This document shows, piece by piece, positions 1 to 11,746 of a DNA stretch of 64,000 nucleotides. The translations under genes and the position numbers were made by a program. Each line of letters starts with the position of its first letter. Positions within the stretch are counted from its first letter, which is position 1. Origin of the DNA: Gracilinanus agilis (Eukaryota); contig NC_058132.1 in NCBI RefSeq assembly GCF_016433145.1, positions 618,114,382 to 618,178,381 on the forward strand, given 5' to 3'. The notes below the pieces were generated by a model. The model was given only the letters and a program-made list of their open reading frames with translations. It searched no databases and was not told the DNA's origin.

Positions 1-686
1 AAAAGCATTTATTTTGCCAATATTATTTTGAGATCAAGTAAAATTAAGCTCAAAGTGTATTTTTTTATTTTTTGCTATCAATTATCTGGATAATTAGTGT
101 TTGTAGTGTTTTTCTGTGTCCATTCATGTAGAATAGTGCTATATCACCTTAACTGGATTGATCATCAGTGAATCCATAGCAAGTGGTAAAAAAAAAAAGC
201 AGTGCTGAAATGGACTGACCTACTTTGCTACAGTGAATCTTTTAAAGGCTGATATGCACACAGCTCAAGGCTGTGTCTATGATAGAAATGTGTCTGTTTA
301 ACTCACTTTATATAACACCTAAGAAGTGTTATATGGAGATAAGAACTTCAGAGAGGAGAACAAAATACAATTGGAGTTAACTGGTTCTTTCCTCTTCAAT
401 GTTTTCAAATGAATTACAATGTCACACACTTTTTAAATGTAGAATTTTTTGGTATTATCTCCCACAGATTAGATATCCTGTTGCCAGAACTATATTCATC
501 CTAATATGATGACATATTCTGAAACCCTTGTGTGATAGTAAGAAAGTTAGAAGACCAGACTTGAGGAATATCAAAGGAAAGCCACACTCTTTACCTAACC
601 TATGGCTAACACCTTTGTTTTATACATGATTAAGTGTACTGTTCTGTGACCTACTTTATTTTTCTACTCTCTTCTTCCCCTTGTAA

Positions 687-930
687 AGCTAGATGACATA
701 GTGACTAGAACATTCAAGTCAAGAAGACCTGGGTTCCAATCTAGCTTCAGACATTCACTAGGTGTTTGACCCTGGCAAGTTACCTAACCACAATTTCTTT
801 CAGTCTTCTCCACTAAAATGGAAATAACTGCAGCATCTTCACAGGGTAGTTGTGAGAATCAAATCAAATTTGTAAAGTGCTTAGTACAATGAGTGCCTGA
901 CATAATAGACACTATCTGAGTACTTATTCC
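687..930 (+). mobile_element. CORE-SINE (MIR family), near full length
   Basis: gaagacctgggttccaatctagcttcagac head/core and tttgtaaagtgcttagtaca...gtgcctgacata L2-like tail. Confidence 0.8.
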
Positions 931-1069
931 CTTCTCTTCCCTCTCCAGCTCCCTTCTCCATGTGCAAGAAGAGAGCATCACATTGCACAAAGGTATCAAT
1001 CAACCAAGACTGAATGACTGAATAAAGGAGTAGGCGTGGGCAGGTTATTTAGAGAGTTAGAGAATATTT

Positions 1070-1350
1070 ATGACGGCTGTCTCTGTAGTGGCAAAGAACT
1101 GGAAATTGAGAGGATGTCCATCAATTGGGAAACAGTTAAACAACTTGTGTCATATGATTGTGATGGGGCATTACCACAATGTAAAAAACAAACAGGTTTA
1201 TTAAAAAAAATACAGAAAGATCTACTTGAAATAATGAAGAGTAAAACAAGCAGAACCAAGAGAACATTATATGCCACAACAGAAATATTCGTTGAAGAAT
1301 GACATGTCTATGGCCACCTGCAGAGAAAGAACTGATAAATAGAAATAAGC
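1070..1350 (+). mobile_element. L1 3' fragment (ORF2 end and 3'UTR)
   Basis: gtagtggcaaagaactggaaattgagaggatgtccatcaattggg...agcagaaccaagagaacatt...cagagaaagaact matches the marsupial L1 3' end as I recall it; explains ORF 1036..1302. Confidence 0.75.
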
Positions 1351-2522
1351 AAGAGATAAATTAATTTTAAAAAAGAAAAGAAAAGAAAAGGGATGGGTGA
1401 CTAGAGCTGTACTGAGTATTATGAGAAGACTCATTAATAACACAACTGTGTATTTTACAACTTTTTAAATTGGACCCTCACAATGCCTTGAGTTTGTCAC
1501 TTTTGGATGTTGGTAAACCTGTGATTTCTTTATCGTAAAAAACACCTTCATCCCCACTGATGCCAGTTGACAACCTGTCATCTCAGAAAGTTTCCAGGAG
1601 GCACTGATTGGTTAAGTGAATCACTAATGATCATATAGCTAAATATTATAGTTGAAATTTGAATCCAGTCTTCTAAGACCATCCCCAACACTACTAATTA
1701 TAATAGGTCATCTCCAATTCAATGGGTAGATTTTTATGGAGGATTTTTTCAAGACTAAGACAAAGTATCAAATGAAAAGTCTTCGATAGGTTATAATTTT
1801 TACTGGTATGATGACTACTCAACCATAAAAAGAACATAGACCTAGCTATCAAAGTAGAGATTCCTTTAAATATGGAAATTCTTATTCTCCAGACATTTTT
1901 GTGTTGCACCCTTATGAGTTAGGTTTGGCCTCTGTCTCTCTATTTCTGTCTCTGTGTGTCTTGCTTATGTACATGCCTCTCTTTCTCTTTAGATGCCATT
2001 CTGTAATTCTCTGACTTCGCAATTTTCTGTATCTTTCTCTCTCCATAATTGTGCGTGTGTGTGTATGTGTGTGTGTTTGCATGCACCTGAGCATGAGGCT
2101 AAGAGAGGATAAGTTATATTGCTATTAAGTCACATGGTGGAATTTGAATCCAAATCTTTCTGACTCTAAATGGATTGCCTAGTAGTCCTTTGCAATGTCT
2201 CTGTCTGCTATATCATCCACCACCAAACCAAAGTGTTCATTTCTGTCCTGTGTTTTTACTTCTCTTTCTAGCTACCTGCTTTCTAAATGACCCCATCTAC
2301 TTCCCTACAATGATTACCATCTCTAATCTGATTATCTTCCTGAACTTCATTTCTCTTTAGCTAATCAATCCAATATCTTTAGACACCTTATTGATAAAAC
2401 TATCTGAATAGCCAGATGCAATTTCTGGAAATTTATTTACTTTTTAAAAATCTCCTTTGGTTTATGTGTGATCCAAATAGACAATTTCCTTGACATTGCA
2501 ATGCAATGACATTAACCTTGTT

Positions 2523-2720
2523 AATGGACCTAGGGTCAGGAAAGCCTGAGCTCAAATCCTGCTTCAGACACTAGCTGTGTCTCCCTAGGAAAGTCATCTT
2601 TGTCTGCCTCAATGTCCTCACCTGTAAAATCAGAATAACAACAATACCTGCCTCATTATGTTGTTATGAGGATCAAAAGAGATAATATTTGTAGGCTAAC
2701 ATTTTTACTTCTTATTCTTC
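2523..2720 (+). mobile_element. MIR-family CORE-SINE
   Basis: tcaaatcctgcttcagacactagctgtgt...ctcacctgtaaaat...gaggatcaaaagagataatatttgta. Confidence 0.75.
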
Positions 2721-3408
2721 CCTACTTCCTTGTAATTGTCCTTTTTTGGATCTGGATCCATCACTTTCATAGACTTTGAAAACCAGTGTAGAAATAGGGA
2801 CCTTTTTGGAGGCTATTAAGGAGGTGAAATTTTCTCCACAGGGTGCCCATGTCCACTGAGCATAGAAGAGAATCTCTTAATGCTCCTTAGTGGATGGCTT
2901 TGTAGAAGGGTGTCAGAGGGAGGGCTGTTCCACCCATAGGAAGGCATAGGGCAACCATTCTCTTGGACAAACAAGACCAAGGGTGCCCCAGAGTTTCGTG
3001 CTACTGCTAGATGGCTAAATATCAACAGAACAATTTTATTTTGATTTTTCAATTCTAAACTTAAAGAGCTTCAAAAACAAAACAAAACAACCCATATATT
3101 GATATACAAAATGGATACAAAACTCTTGCACAAAATTGGAATACCATTATGATTTATTTTTAAAAAGTATATAGTCTGCAAAGTGTATGTCAGGAAACAT
3201 ATATATCTTTAATAGATAAGGTCTAGGTTGTTGCTTAAGACATAAGGAGATTAAAGGATTTATCTTAATCGAAATACAGTTTCCTGACTCTAGTTTTCTG
3301 CTATGCTTTGTACAAACAACCTTAACAAAATCCTAACAAAGGCATACTATTTGCATCAACCTCTCCTTCAGATCTCCTTGATATCTATCTAGTGTTAAAA
3401 AAAAAGAT

Positions 3409-3563
3409 TTTTTTAAACCCTTACCTCCCATCTTAGAATCAATAGTTTGTATTGTAGAATAGCAGTAAGGGCTAGGCAGTGGGGGTTGTGACTTTCCCAG
3501 GGTCACACAGCTAAGAAGTATCTAAGGCAAGATTTGAAACTACAACCTCCTGTCTCTAGGTCT
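3409..3563 (-). mobile_element. SINE1_Mdo-type SINE, 5' truncated
   Basis: tttttaaacccttacctcccatcttagaatcaat...agggctaggcagtggggg...cagggtcacacagct. Confidence 0.85.
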
Positions 3564-3896
3564 ATTAAAAAGACATTTAACTTTTGAACACATTTCACAC
3601 ATATTGTTTCAATTTAGGAAACATTAAATTGCTTTGAAAGTGTGAATTTTTGCTATCATTCTTATAAGTATTTTCATAAGAAGCCTATGAGGTAGTTTTG
3701 TAGCTTTGTAGGTAAGGCAGGTAGTCTGATCTTTGTTTGACAGACTGAAACAGAGAAAAGTTAAGTGACTTCTTTCATGTTACATAACTAATTAGTGATA
3801 AAGTTGGATTTAGTACCCAAGACTACCTTTTTGTCATCCACTGTTCTTTGCTGTCAACTAAGTCCAAAGCAGGAAAGGATAGGATATTATCATTTA

Positions 3897-4092
3897 TTTT
3901 TTTTTTAAAACCCTTAACTTCTGTCTTGGAATCAATATTGGCTCTAATGCATTAGAATGGTATGGACTAAGCAATAGGGTTTAAACAGCTAGCCCAGGTC
4001 ACATGGCTGGGAAGTATCTGAGACCAGATTTGAACCCAGGATTTCTTTTCTCTGGGCCAGGCTCTCAATCCACTGAGCTGCCTAGCTGTCCC
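3897..4092 (-). mobile_element. SINE1_Mdo-type SINE, full length
   Basis: T-tail, aaacccttaacttc ... ctctcaatccactgagctgcctagctgtccc; imperfect TSD aggatattat/agaatattat. Confidence 0.92.
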
Positions 4093-4299
4093 AGAATATT
4101 ATTTTTTGAATTTAAAAAAAAAGCCAGACTCAGAACTAGTCTGTATTTTCCCTAGCTATCTTTAAAATAAACATGAAATGATTGAACTTAAAAAAAAAAG
4201 TTAATCAGATGCAGTATGACCCAAATTAAATAGGGAAGGCAGAAAGAAAGCCCATTAGGGGAAGAGATAATTGATCGGTTAATTTTTTAAATGTATTTT

Positions 4300-5230
4300 T
4301 ATGATGGACAAATTCTTGAAGTATTCATTAACTAATGGAATTATGTCGTGGGTGCAATTGCTGTCTCCACAGAACATCAGGTTACAAAGTGCACGCCAGT
4401 AATAGCCCCCTGTCTCTCAAAGAGCTCAGTCTGCCCTGCAGCTCACTCTCAGTCACTGAGAAGGATCAAGGGTCTGATTGAAATTCATGGTTATCCTCTC
4501 CTACGCCTCAGTAGGGCTGCTCCACTTATGTGCAACCCGAGAGGACCGAGGGGGGGGGGAGGGAAAACTGTCACTTCACATGGGGAACAATCCTTTGGAG
4601 ACAGGATAAAATGGGAGCCCCTTGTTGCTGGTGCTGCATCTTAACAATTCAGGGGTAGTGGCCCGGCTAAATGTTTAATTCAACTTTTTTTTCCCCAGGG
4701 CTGCAGAAAAACCAGCTCTGGCCAAGGTCATTCAGCCTGTTAACATCTTTGAGGATTACCTGCGCACTGATGCTATGCAAGCATCTTGAGAGGATAGAAA
4801 ACCAAGAGGCAAAATGCTCTTCACCGTCAGAAAAAGAAGGAAGAAAGAAAAAAAAAGTTTGGCATCTAGCTGGCATGAGAAATCCTCCATCATGGAGGAA
4901 CGCCTCAATGATCAGCTCGGACTGTCCTTGGCATTGTGTTTCTAGAGAGAAGGAGGAAAAAAAAAGTCCCAGCCTTCTGCCACGTGATCTATCCCAGTTT
5001 ACATTTCTGGTAAAATAGTGAACAATGTCAAGACTTACCCTTAAGTCCGATTGGGCAGCCCACACTTCCTGCCTTACTTTATACATCCTCACCTGAATGT
5101 TCCTTGGTTTTTGGTCTAGCTGATCTACTAGCAAGGTCCCCAGCACACCTATATTGACCTGTAGAAATCCTGTCTATAGAGCAGTTAGGATATCCCTCCT
5201 CTCCCCGTGTTAGGCAGAAGAGAGATCTCT
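4300..5230. promoter_or_regulatory. TE-free, CpG-retaining island; candidate enhancer, promoter or conserved element
   Basis: About a dozen CpGs in ~720 bp against a depleted background; TAAT clusters near 4270-4345, CCAAGGTCA 4722-4730, CACGTG 4981-4986, ATTGG 5050-5054, ACTTCCTG 5064-5071. Confidence 0.4.
5039..5158 (-). CDS. Candidate exon, unidentified (VNIGVLGTLLVDQLDQKPRNIQVRMYKVRQEVWAAQSDLR)
   Basis: ctacag acceptor; donors AGG|gtaagt (120 nt) or CAG|gtgagg (66 nt, ending at 5093); open frame; weak pyrimidine tract; no recognised homology. Confidence 0.18.
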
Positions 5231-6069
5231 GCCTTCTAACTCCAAAGGCACTTTTTGTGTTTTATATTGTATGTATTATTTCATAACATTTATCCCAGAT
5301 TTTGCACAAATTCATAACTTCCATACCGTTCAGTTCCCTCTGCTAGAATGAAAGATCCTTAGAAATAATGGTGATGCCTTAGACTTCTTTGCCTTATCGA
5401 TTGTGTACACATATAATATACACACATGGTACATACATTTTACATGAAACATATGTTAAATATGAAATACTGGATAGGAAAGAGTCTTGCTTTTCTGATT
5501 AGAATTGTTCCCCTGCAGCTTAGTCGCAGGAGCCATGATGCCAGCATTCCTACTTGCAAGGTGGCATTCCAGGGAGATTTTGGACTTTGCTGAATAGCTG
5601 AACCTCACATTCTCTTTCTTTATTCATGAATTCACTAAACAAAGTACATGTAAGTACACAGGTAAATATATAAAAATACATAAGTGTTTGTATAAATAAT
5701 ATGGTGTATAGAAACCATAATATACATATGTACCAACATATATGTGTATATCTGCTGTTTTATAGTCTTTAAAAATGTTTTATATGTTTTATAGTCTTTA
5801 GAACATAGATCCAAATTGCTCTCCAGAATGCCTGAATCAGTTCACCACTTCCCAAGTGGTGCCTCGATTTTAGTGGCTCAATTTTCCCAGCCCTCCCCCT
5901 CTCCAAGTTTTGTCATTTTAGCATGGAGATTAATTAAGAAACCATTAATAGTCTATATTTAAGACCGTGCTGCCATTATACTCAGTACATATAGTTACTT
6001 TAGTAAATAAGTCCCAGTTTGAAAACTAAGGAGATTAAATGATTGTCCTTATCAAAATATAATTTCCTG

Positions 6070-6219
6070 GGGGCATCTGGGTAGCTCAGTGGATTGAGAG
6101 CCAGGCCCTGAGACAGGAGGTCCTAGGTTCAAATCTGGCCCTCAGACACTTCCTAGCTGTGTAGCCCTGGGCAAGTCACTTAACCTCCATTGCCTAAAAA
6201 CAAAAAAATATATATATAA
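6070..6219 (+). mobile_element. SINE1_Mdo-type SINE, short form ending in an A/TA tail
   Basis: ggggcatctgggtagctcagtggattgagagcc...cattgccta followed directly by an A-rich tail; TSD aatttcctg at 6061-6069 and 6220-6228. Confidence 0.92.
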
Positions 6220-7697
6220 AATTTCCTGACTCTAAGTTTAGTATATTTCTCTACTGACCTTTTGAAAAGTAACTTTAACAAAATACTAACATATGCATAT
6301 AACACTCATTGTGTACTGAGTGTATATAAATATACATATATATATACAGAGAAGTATATGATATATATTTCTGTATTATATATATATATATTCTGCATAC
6401 ATGTAAATGTGGATATATGTCTATTAATTTCATAAATAAGAAAAGAGGATGGGGGGTCTAGCTGCCCATCTGGAATCTGAATAGGATTTTCTAGAATGAA
6501 ATCCTAAAGTCATATACTGATATCATGGCTTCTGGGACTCAAATGGAGGCAGGATGGTTTAGATGCATGGGAACAATTCTGACCGCAAATACAAGATCCC
6601 TCAATATTCAATATTTGATATTTGATGATCTGTTTCATATTTACCATTTGATCTATGTTAATTTTAAATGATTGACCATCCTCCATGCAATCTACTGGTA
6701 GCTTTTTCTTTCCTACTGATAAATCCATCATTGGAGAGAAAACTGTACCATTTGAAAAAGGTAGAAGAAAAAATACCTTCCTGGGACTTTAAAATGCCAG
6801 TGAATCTGAAGTTGCATGGTTAAGCAATAGAATAAAAGAACCTGGGCACTAATTTATTCAATTATCCACAAAAGCAAATCAATTTTGCATTTTTGTTAAT
6901 AGCAGGGAAGTATGCATACACTATTTTAATTAAAGCCGTCTATTACACATGCTGTTCAGCTAGTGCCTGCCTATTCCCTTCAGGGACCAGTCATGCTCTG
7001 TGACAAAGCATAATGGAAATAACGTATATGGGTTATGATGAGCCTGATTTCCCAACTCCTGCATCAGAAATCAAGATATGCACACCTGTGCCGAGAAGCC
7101 CTCTGAGGGTCTGTGTGGGACTGAGAGTTCTAAAATCTCCTCCTTGGAAGTAGGGCAGGTTTCCACACTCCTGGGATCTCCATGTACTTAAAGGGATTCA
7201 TGTTCCTTCTGCAATATTTTGCTGTGTCTGAGTGAAGAGCTTCAGCACTTTTTTATATCATTTGTCTACTCTTCATATGCATAAGAGTTTTTTTTTCAGG
7301 CAATGAAGATAAGCACTTTGAATGACAGGTCTATAGAGTTCAGTCTGAAGGAGGAGAAAAGGAAGAAACATTGTTTTGCTTTCCTTTGAAATTCCACCAA
7401 ATATTTCACTCTGGCATGATGTTTCCCTTGGTCCAACTCTGACTATATCAATTAATTCAGCTGAATTAAGAGCCTATGTTAAGTCATCCAGAGGACAGGT
7501 GACTGGTATACAAGGACAAAAGGGAAACAATCCATGCCCTAAAGCACCTTAAAATCTATTCTCAATTTCTACTTCAAGAAGCAAAGAACACAAAATGTCA
7601 GAAAACAAATGTTAAAGATTTTCTCAACGTGTAATTGGAAAAAATACAGTAGAATATTATTTGGAGGAGGGCAAAGTAAGTAAAAAAGGAGAAAGAT

Positions 7698-7893
7698 GGG
7701 GGCAGCTGGGTAGCTCAGTGGATTGAGAGTCAGGCCTAGAGATGGGATGTCCTAGGTTCAAATCCGGCCTCAGACATTTCCCAGCTGTGTGACCCTGGGC
7801 AAGTCACTTGATCCCCATTGCCCACCCTTACCAGTCTTCCAACTAGGAACCAATACACAGAAGTCAAGGGTTAAAATTTTTTTTTAATTTAAA
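7698..7893 (+). mobile_element. SINE1_Mdo-type SINE, full length
   Basis: ggggcagctgggtagctcagtggattgagag head; perfect 16-bp TSD aaaaaaggagaaagat at 7682-7697 and 7894-7909. Confidence 0.95.
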
Positions 7894-8059
7894 AAAAAAG
7901 GAGAAAGATAGTAGATTAAAGAAAAAATTTCAGTTTTTCCATTCAAAGTGGAATTAAATTAAAGCTACCTCCTCCGAATGAAATCTGTCAAACTTTTCTC
8001 TTCCTTTGTCCTCTTCTCACATACCTTGCTATTATATATCCTGGGCTAGAAGACATCTA

Positions 8060-8215
8060 ATAAGTAGGTCACCTAGCCTCATACCCTTCATTTTACAGAT
8101 GATAGAACTGAGGATCAGAGATGTTTAAAGACTTGTTAATGAACATACATGTAGTAATGAGCAGAGCCAGGATTTACCCTAAGGCCCTGTGACTTAAATC
8201 CCAGGCCTCCCTCCC
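8060..8215 (-). mobile_element. MIR/MIR3 fragment
   Basis: ttcattttacagatgatagaactgagg...gcagagccaggattt antisense core. Confidence 0.7.
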
Positions 8216-8667
8216 CTGTGCCAGGTTTCTTTCTTTTTTGAAGCTAATGGGGAGCAGAGGAAGCACATCAGTGGGGCATTGATTAGGACCACCTCAAATA
8301 CTCTTATTGCTTGTAAACATTTATTGCCAAGGATACACATATTTGAAATAAGAACAGGCAGTCTGTTTGGAGAGATCAGAGGAATTTCTGAGTCGGGGAT
8401 GTTCTGTGTCTACTCGGTCCATTTCACTCTACCGTTAAAATGTGGTAACAACTTTTGGAGGCAAAAGAATACAAATACAATCTATTGGATTTAATGTTTT
8501 TCATTTACTCTTTCCTTTAATTTCTAAAGTATGCAATAGTGAATGGAGAGCTAGACTTTGAGTAATAAAGCTTGAATATAAACCTCACTTTAGGAACTAG
8601 TTATAGGATCCTGGGCATCAATTTATCTCCCTAAACCTCAGTTTCTTTTTACCTATAATGTTGATTT

Positions 8668-8915
8668 GGGCAGCTTGGTGGTGTAGTAGATAGAGCACTA
8701 GAGAGAATCAGAAAGACATCTTCTTGATTTTAAATCTGGCTTCAGACACTTGCTAGATATGTGATCCTGGGCAAGTCACTTAATCCTGTTGGTCTCACTA
8801 GCCTCTTCTTTAAAATGAGCTGGAGAAGGACATGGCAAACTACTTCAGTATCTCTGCCAAGAAACTTCCAAATGGGTTAAAAAAAAACATTGGACATGAC
8901 TAACGAGCAAAAATA
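8668..8915 (+). mobile_element. MAR1-type CORE-SINE (RTE-derived tail)
   Basis: CORE followed by gctggagaaggacatggcaaactacttcagtatctctgccaagaa...ggacatgact. Confidence 0.8.
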
Positions 8916-9278
8916 ATATAGATCACAATAATGTTATTCTCCAAAGGACAGCACAGTGCCAGGCACTTAATAAACATTTATTGACTGAACATCAATTAGG
9001 ATCACGGGTTTTAAGAAATTTGTAAACTTTAGAGCATTAAATTCAGAAACCATTTATAAATTAAATAAAAACTATTATTATTATCATTATTGCTATTTTA
9101 TATGTCATTGTCATGCTTACTTCTCATCAATGGCTCCTGGAGCATCTATAGGCAAATACTTCAAACAATCTCAGTTTATCCAAATGACAAATTTCCTAAG
9201 GGGGTGTTTTTGCTCTAGAGGTCCTAAAGGTAAAGAGTACTTCAGAAGAATTTGAATAATAGCGTTTCTGTTTAGCAG

Positions 9279-9362
9279 ATATTTAGGAAGGCAGAAGCAC
9301 TGAACAAAGAAGAGAGAGCTCTGCTCCAAGAAAGAGGAAATGTGCTAAAATCAATTCAAGAG
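9279..9362 (+). CDS. Candidate 84-nt coding exon (IFRKAEALNKEERALLQERGNVLKSIQE), unidentified
   Basis: tttctgtttagcag acceptor, GAG|gtgtgt donor, phase 0-0, open, purine-rich, helical or coiled-coil-like peptide. Confidence 0.35.
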
Positions 9363-9868
9363 GTGTGTGAAAGGAAGGATAAGGGCTGGATGGACCCTTC
9401 ACCTTCCTAAATGTCTTTATAGGGTTATTTTTTGGGGTATAGGAGCAAATAACCAATAACTTCAAATTGGATTTCCTTGCCGCATTTCAGAAAAAAGGGT
9501 GTATAAATGAATAGTTATTGAATGATAATCCGATGTAAACATTAAGGCATTCCTAGAGAATGTTAGAGCTCAAAGGAAACAGTAAAGCAGCAAAACAAAC
9601 AAGGGAAGTATATTTTCATTCTTTTTTCCATAAGTGATTGTAAATTAAAATATCAGTATTAATTAATCATTCACATTAATTTCCCATTATTTGGGTGACT
9701 TGCTGCTCATTCTTCTCACAACATTAAAATTTAACATTATAATTTGAAGGGAATATACGGAGCCATGCTGAAAATGCAAATCATTATGTTAGGACTTTTG
9801 TAACATATTCTTATTACCAATGTCCTTCTTGTCATTGCCACAAAAGGAAGTAAGATTCTGTAAGACCT

Positions 9869-10065
9869 GGGGCAGCTAGTTTGCTCAGCGAATTGAGAGC
9901 CAGTCCTGGGTTAGTCCTGAGTTAAACATCTGGCTGCAGACATTTCCTAGCTGTGTTTCCCTGAGCAAGTCAGTTAACCCCCATTGCCTAGTCCTTATTG
10001 CTCTTCTGCTTTGGAATCAATGCACAGTATTGATTCTAATATGAAAGGTAAGGATTTAAAATAAA
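9869..10065 (+). mobile_element. SINE1_Mdo-type SINE, diverged
   Basis: ggggcagctagtttgctcagc...cacagtattgattctaat...aaggtaaggatttaaa; degenerate TSD aagattctgtaagac/aagattttgcaaaac. Confidence 0.88.
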
Positions 10066-10369
10066 AAGATTTTGCAAAACTATATTTTAGAACTCTTGTT
10101 ATTTCTCCATTGATGGAACATTATATCTTCTATTCAGCAATGGTTTATAACCCAGCATTACTGTTCTTGATAATTAATTCATCATTTTCTCCTATAATGA
10201 TTAAAAGTTATTTGTAATCAGAGTTCCCTTAAGTGACAGAGATTTTCTCTTTGATTCAATTTCTCCTTGCTATGACTTATAATATCAAGAAAGCTTTTTA
10301 CATCATTTATCTCCTAAACTTTAATCATTCTTTTTTTCTTCAGATAAAAATAATCATTTAGTCCTATCT

Positions 10370-10510
10370 GCTTATTTTACAGGTGTGGAAACTGAGGTTC
10401 ACAGAAAGGAAGTAACACCTCAGTTTTACGCAAAGGAAGTAACATGCCCAAAATCACAATGACAGGGGCATGATTAGCATTCAGATTTCCTGGCTCCAAG
10501 TTCAGTTTGT
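10370..10510 (-). mobile_element. MIR fragment
   Basis: ttttacaggtgtggaaactgagg...atgcccaaaatcaca...ttcctggctccaag. Confidence 0.65.
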
Positions 10511-10534
10511 ACTGGCATATAGTGCTGATGCTTG

Positions 10535-10790
10535 CTCAGTCAATATTTCCTAAGCACTTATGTGTCAGGCATTGTCCTAAGGACTGACTGAAGGTACAAA
10601 GAGAAGCAAAAGATAGTACCTGCCCTCGAAGGAGCATAAAATTGAATGCAGAGACAACATGAAAACATAAATATATGCAAAGTAAACAAAATACAGGATC
10701 AATAGGAAATATTTAAAAGAGAGAAGGCACTAAAATTAAGAGGTATTGAGGAAGGCTTCCAATTAAAGAATGGATTTTACTTTTTTCAGA
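10535..10790 (-). mobile_element. L2 3' fragment
   Basis: taagcacttatgtgtcaggcattgtcctaagg...cctgccctcgaaggagc...gagacaac antisense L2 end. Confidence 0.75.
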
Positions 10791-11021
10791 AGAGTGTATT
10801 CACCTTTAGTACATTATCTTTCTATTTTAGAACCTAGCACAATGCTGTGCACATAAGAAGTGCTTATCACATATCTGTTATATTGTAATCCATTGCATTG
10901 CATTGTGAGATATCTGATATATATTTATCGAAATGCATCTACATATATATATATACATACATATGTACATATATATATATACATACATGTATACATCTAT
11001 ACATAGATAATTAATTAAAAC

Positions 11022-11108
11022 TTGGTCTCCCTAACATGCCCAGGTTGAAAGTGGAGAACTTATATCCTATCTGGGTCTGGGTTCCACCATTCAGCACAGA
11101 AGCTTTGA
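11022..11108 (-). mobile_element. 7SL-derived fragment (P7SL-like or 7SL pseudogene 3' end)
   Basis: ggtctccctaacatgcccaggttgaaagtg...cagcacagaagctttga resembles the reverse complement of the 7SL 3' end. Confidence 0.5.
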
Positions 11109-11199
11109 TTTAAACACACATACACACACACACACCCTTACCATCACCACTGCCACTATGATGTATAAACTCTCATTTCCCTTGGTTTTTATTGCTGTC

Positions 11200-11362
11200 T
11201 CCTAACTATGTGATTGTCATTTCTCATTCTCTTTTCTGAGTCATAATCCATCTCCTAAATGCTAAGGATGAGTGTCTGTCAAAACTCTCCACTGAAACTT
11301 GTTCTCTATGTATAGTCTTTTTCTCGGTTGACTTATTAGCTTTCTAGGGCTCAATTATTATT
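11200..11362 (+). mobile_element. L2 fragment (left part of the interrupted L2)
   Basis: Pyrimidine-rich L2 ORF2-type sequence ending in agctttctagggctcaattattatt. Confidence 0.55.
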
Positions 11363-11363
11363 A

Positions 11364-11746
11364 TGTTGTGTGCAGATGCAAAGCATGGAATCCCTGCAAA
11401 GGTACAGGGAGAGCCTCACCCAGAATTCCAGGGGACCCCCCTGGAGAACTTTGGGTGAGAGGCAGTTGAGAAGGGTTGAAGACAGTTAATTTGTGGGATT
11501 GGATGTGAGCAGACACTCTGCTTGATTCTCCTGACTTGGAGTTTCTCCTGAGGTGGCCATTGTAGCATAAACTAGTGATTTGTACTCATAGGATTAGCTT
11601 ATTTGTTATTACTATTCTTCATTAATATAATTATATAATTACTTAGTGATTAGAGAGTAAGATATTTATCAATAGCAAGAGAGCCAGTTTTAGTTAAATG
11701 CTTCATCCCCTCCAGTGAGGAGGGGGAAGGGGGCATCAATTTAACA
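11364..11746 (+). mobile_element. Solo LTR-like element (may extend to ~12234)
   Basis: TGTT...AACA termini; 3' end ggcatcaatttaaca resembles the end of the LTR at 21081; no 4-6 bp TSD found. Confidence 0.55.

Noticed and set aside
4667-5146. Longest ORF in the track (159 aa, minus strand)
   Set aside because: GTG start, runs through poly-T tracts and a perfect splice donor, no recognisable domain
6070-6130. tRNA-like A and B boxes (gtagctcagtgg, ggttcaaatc)
   Set aside because: These are heads of tRNA-derived SINEs, repeated at every SINE1 copy, not tRNA genes
6510-6731. TANTRSL resembling the start of a CR1 ORF2, plus a 73-aa minus-strand ORF
   Set aside because: Only one short motif; the following endonuclease motifs are not found
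8331-8444. GSLFGEI motif reminiscent of a cyclic-nucleotide-binding domain
   Set aside because: The downstream R-T-A motif and domain spacing are absent, and the phase does not fit the 9279 exon candidate
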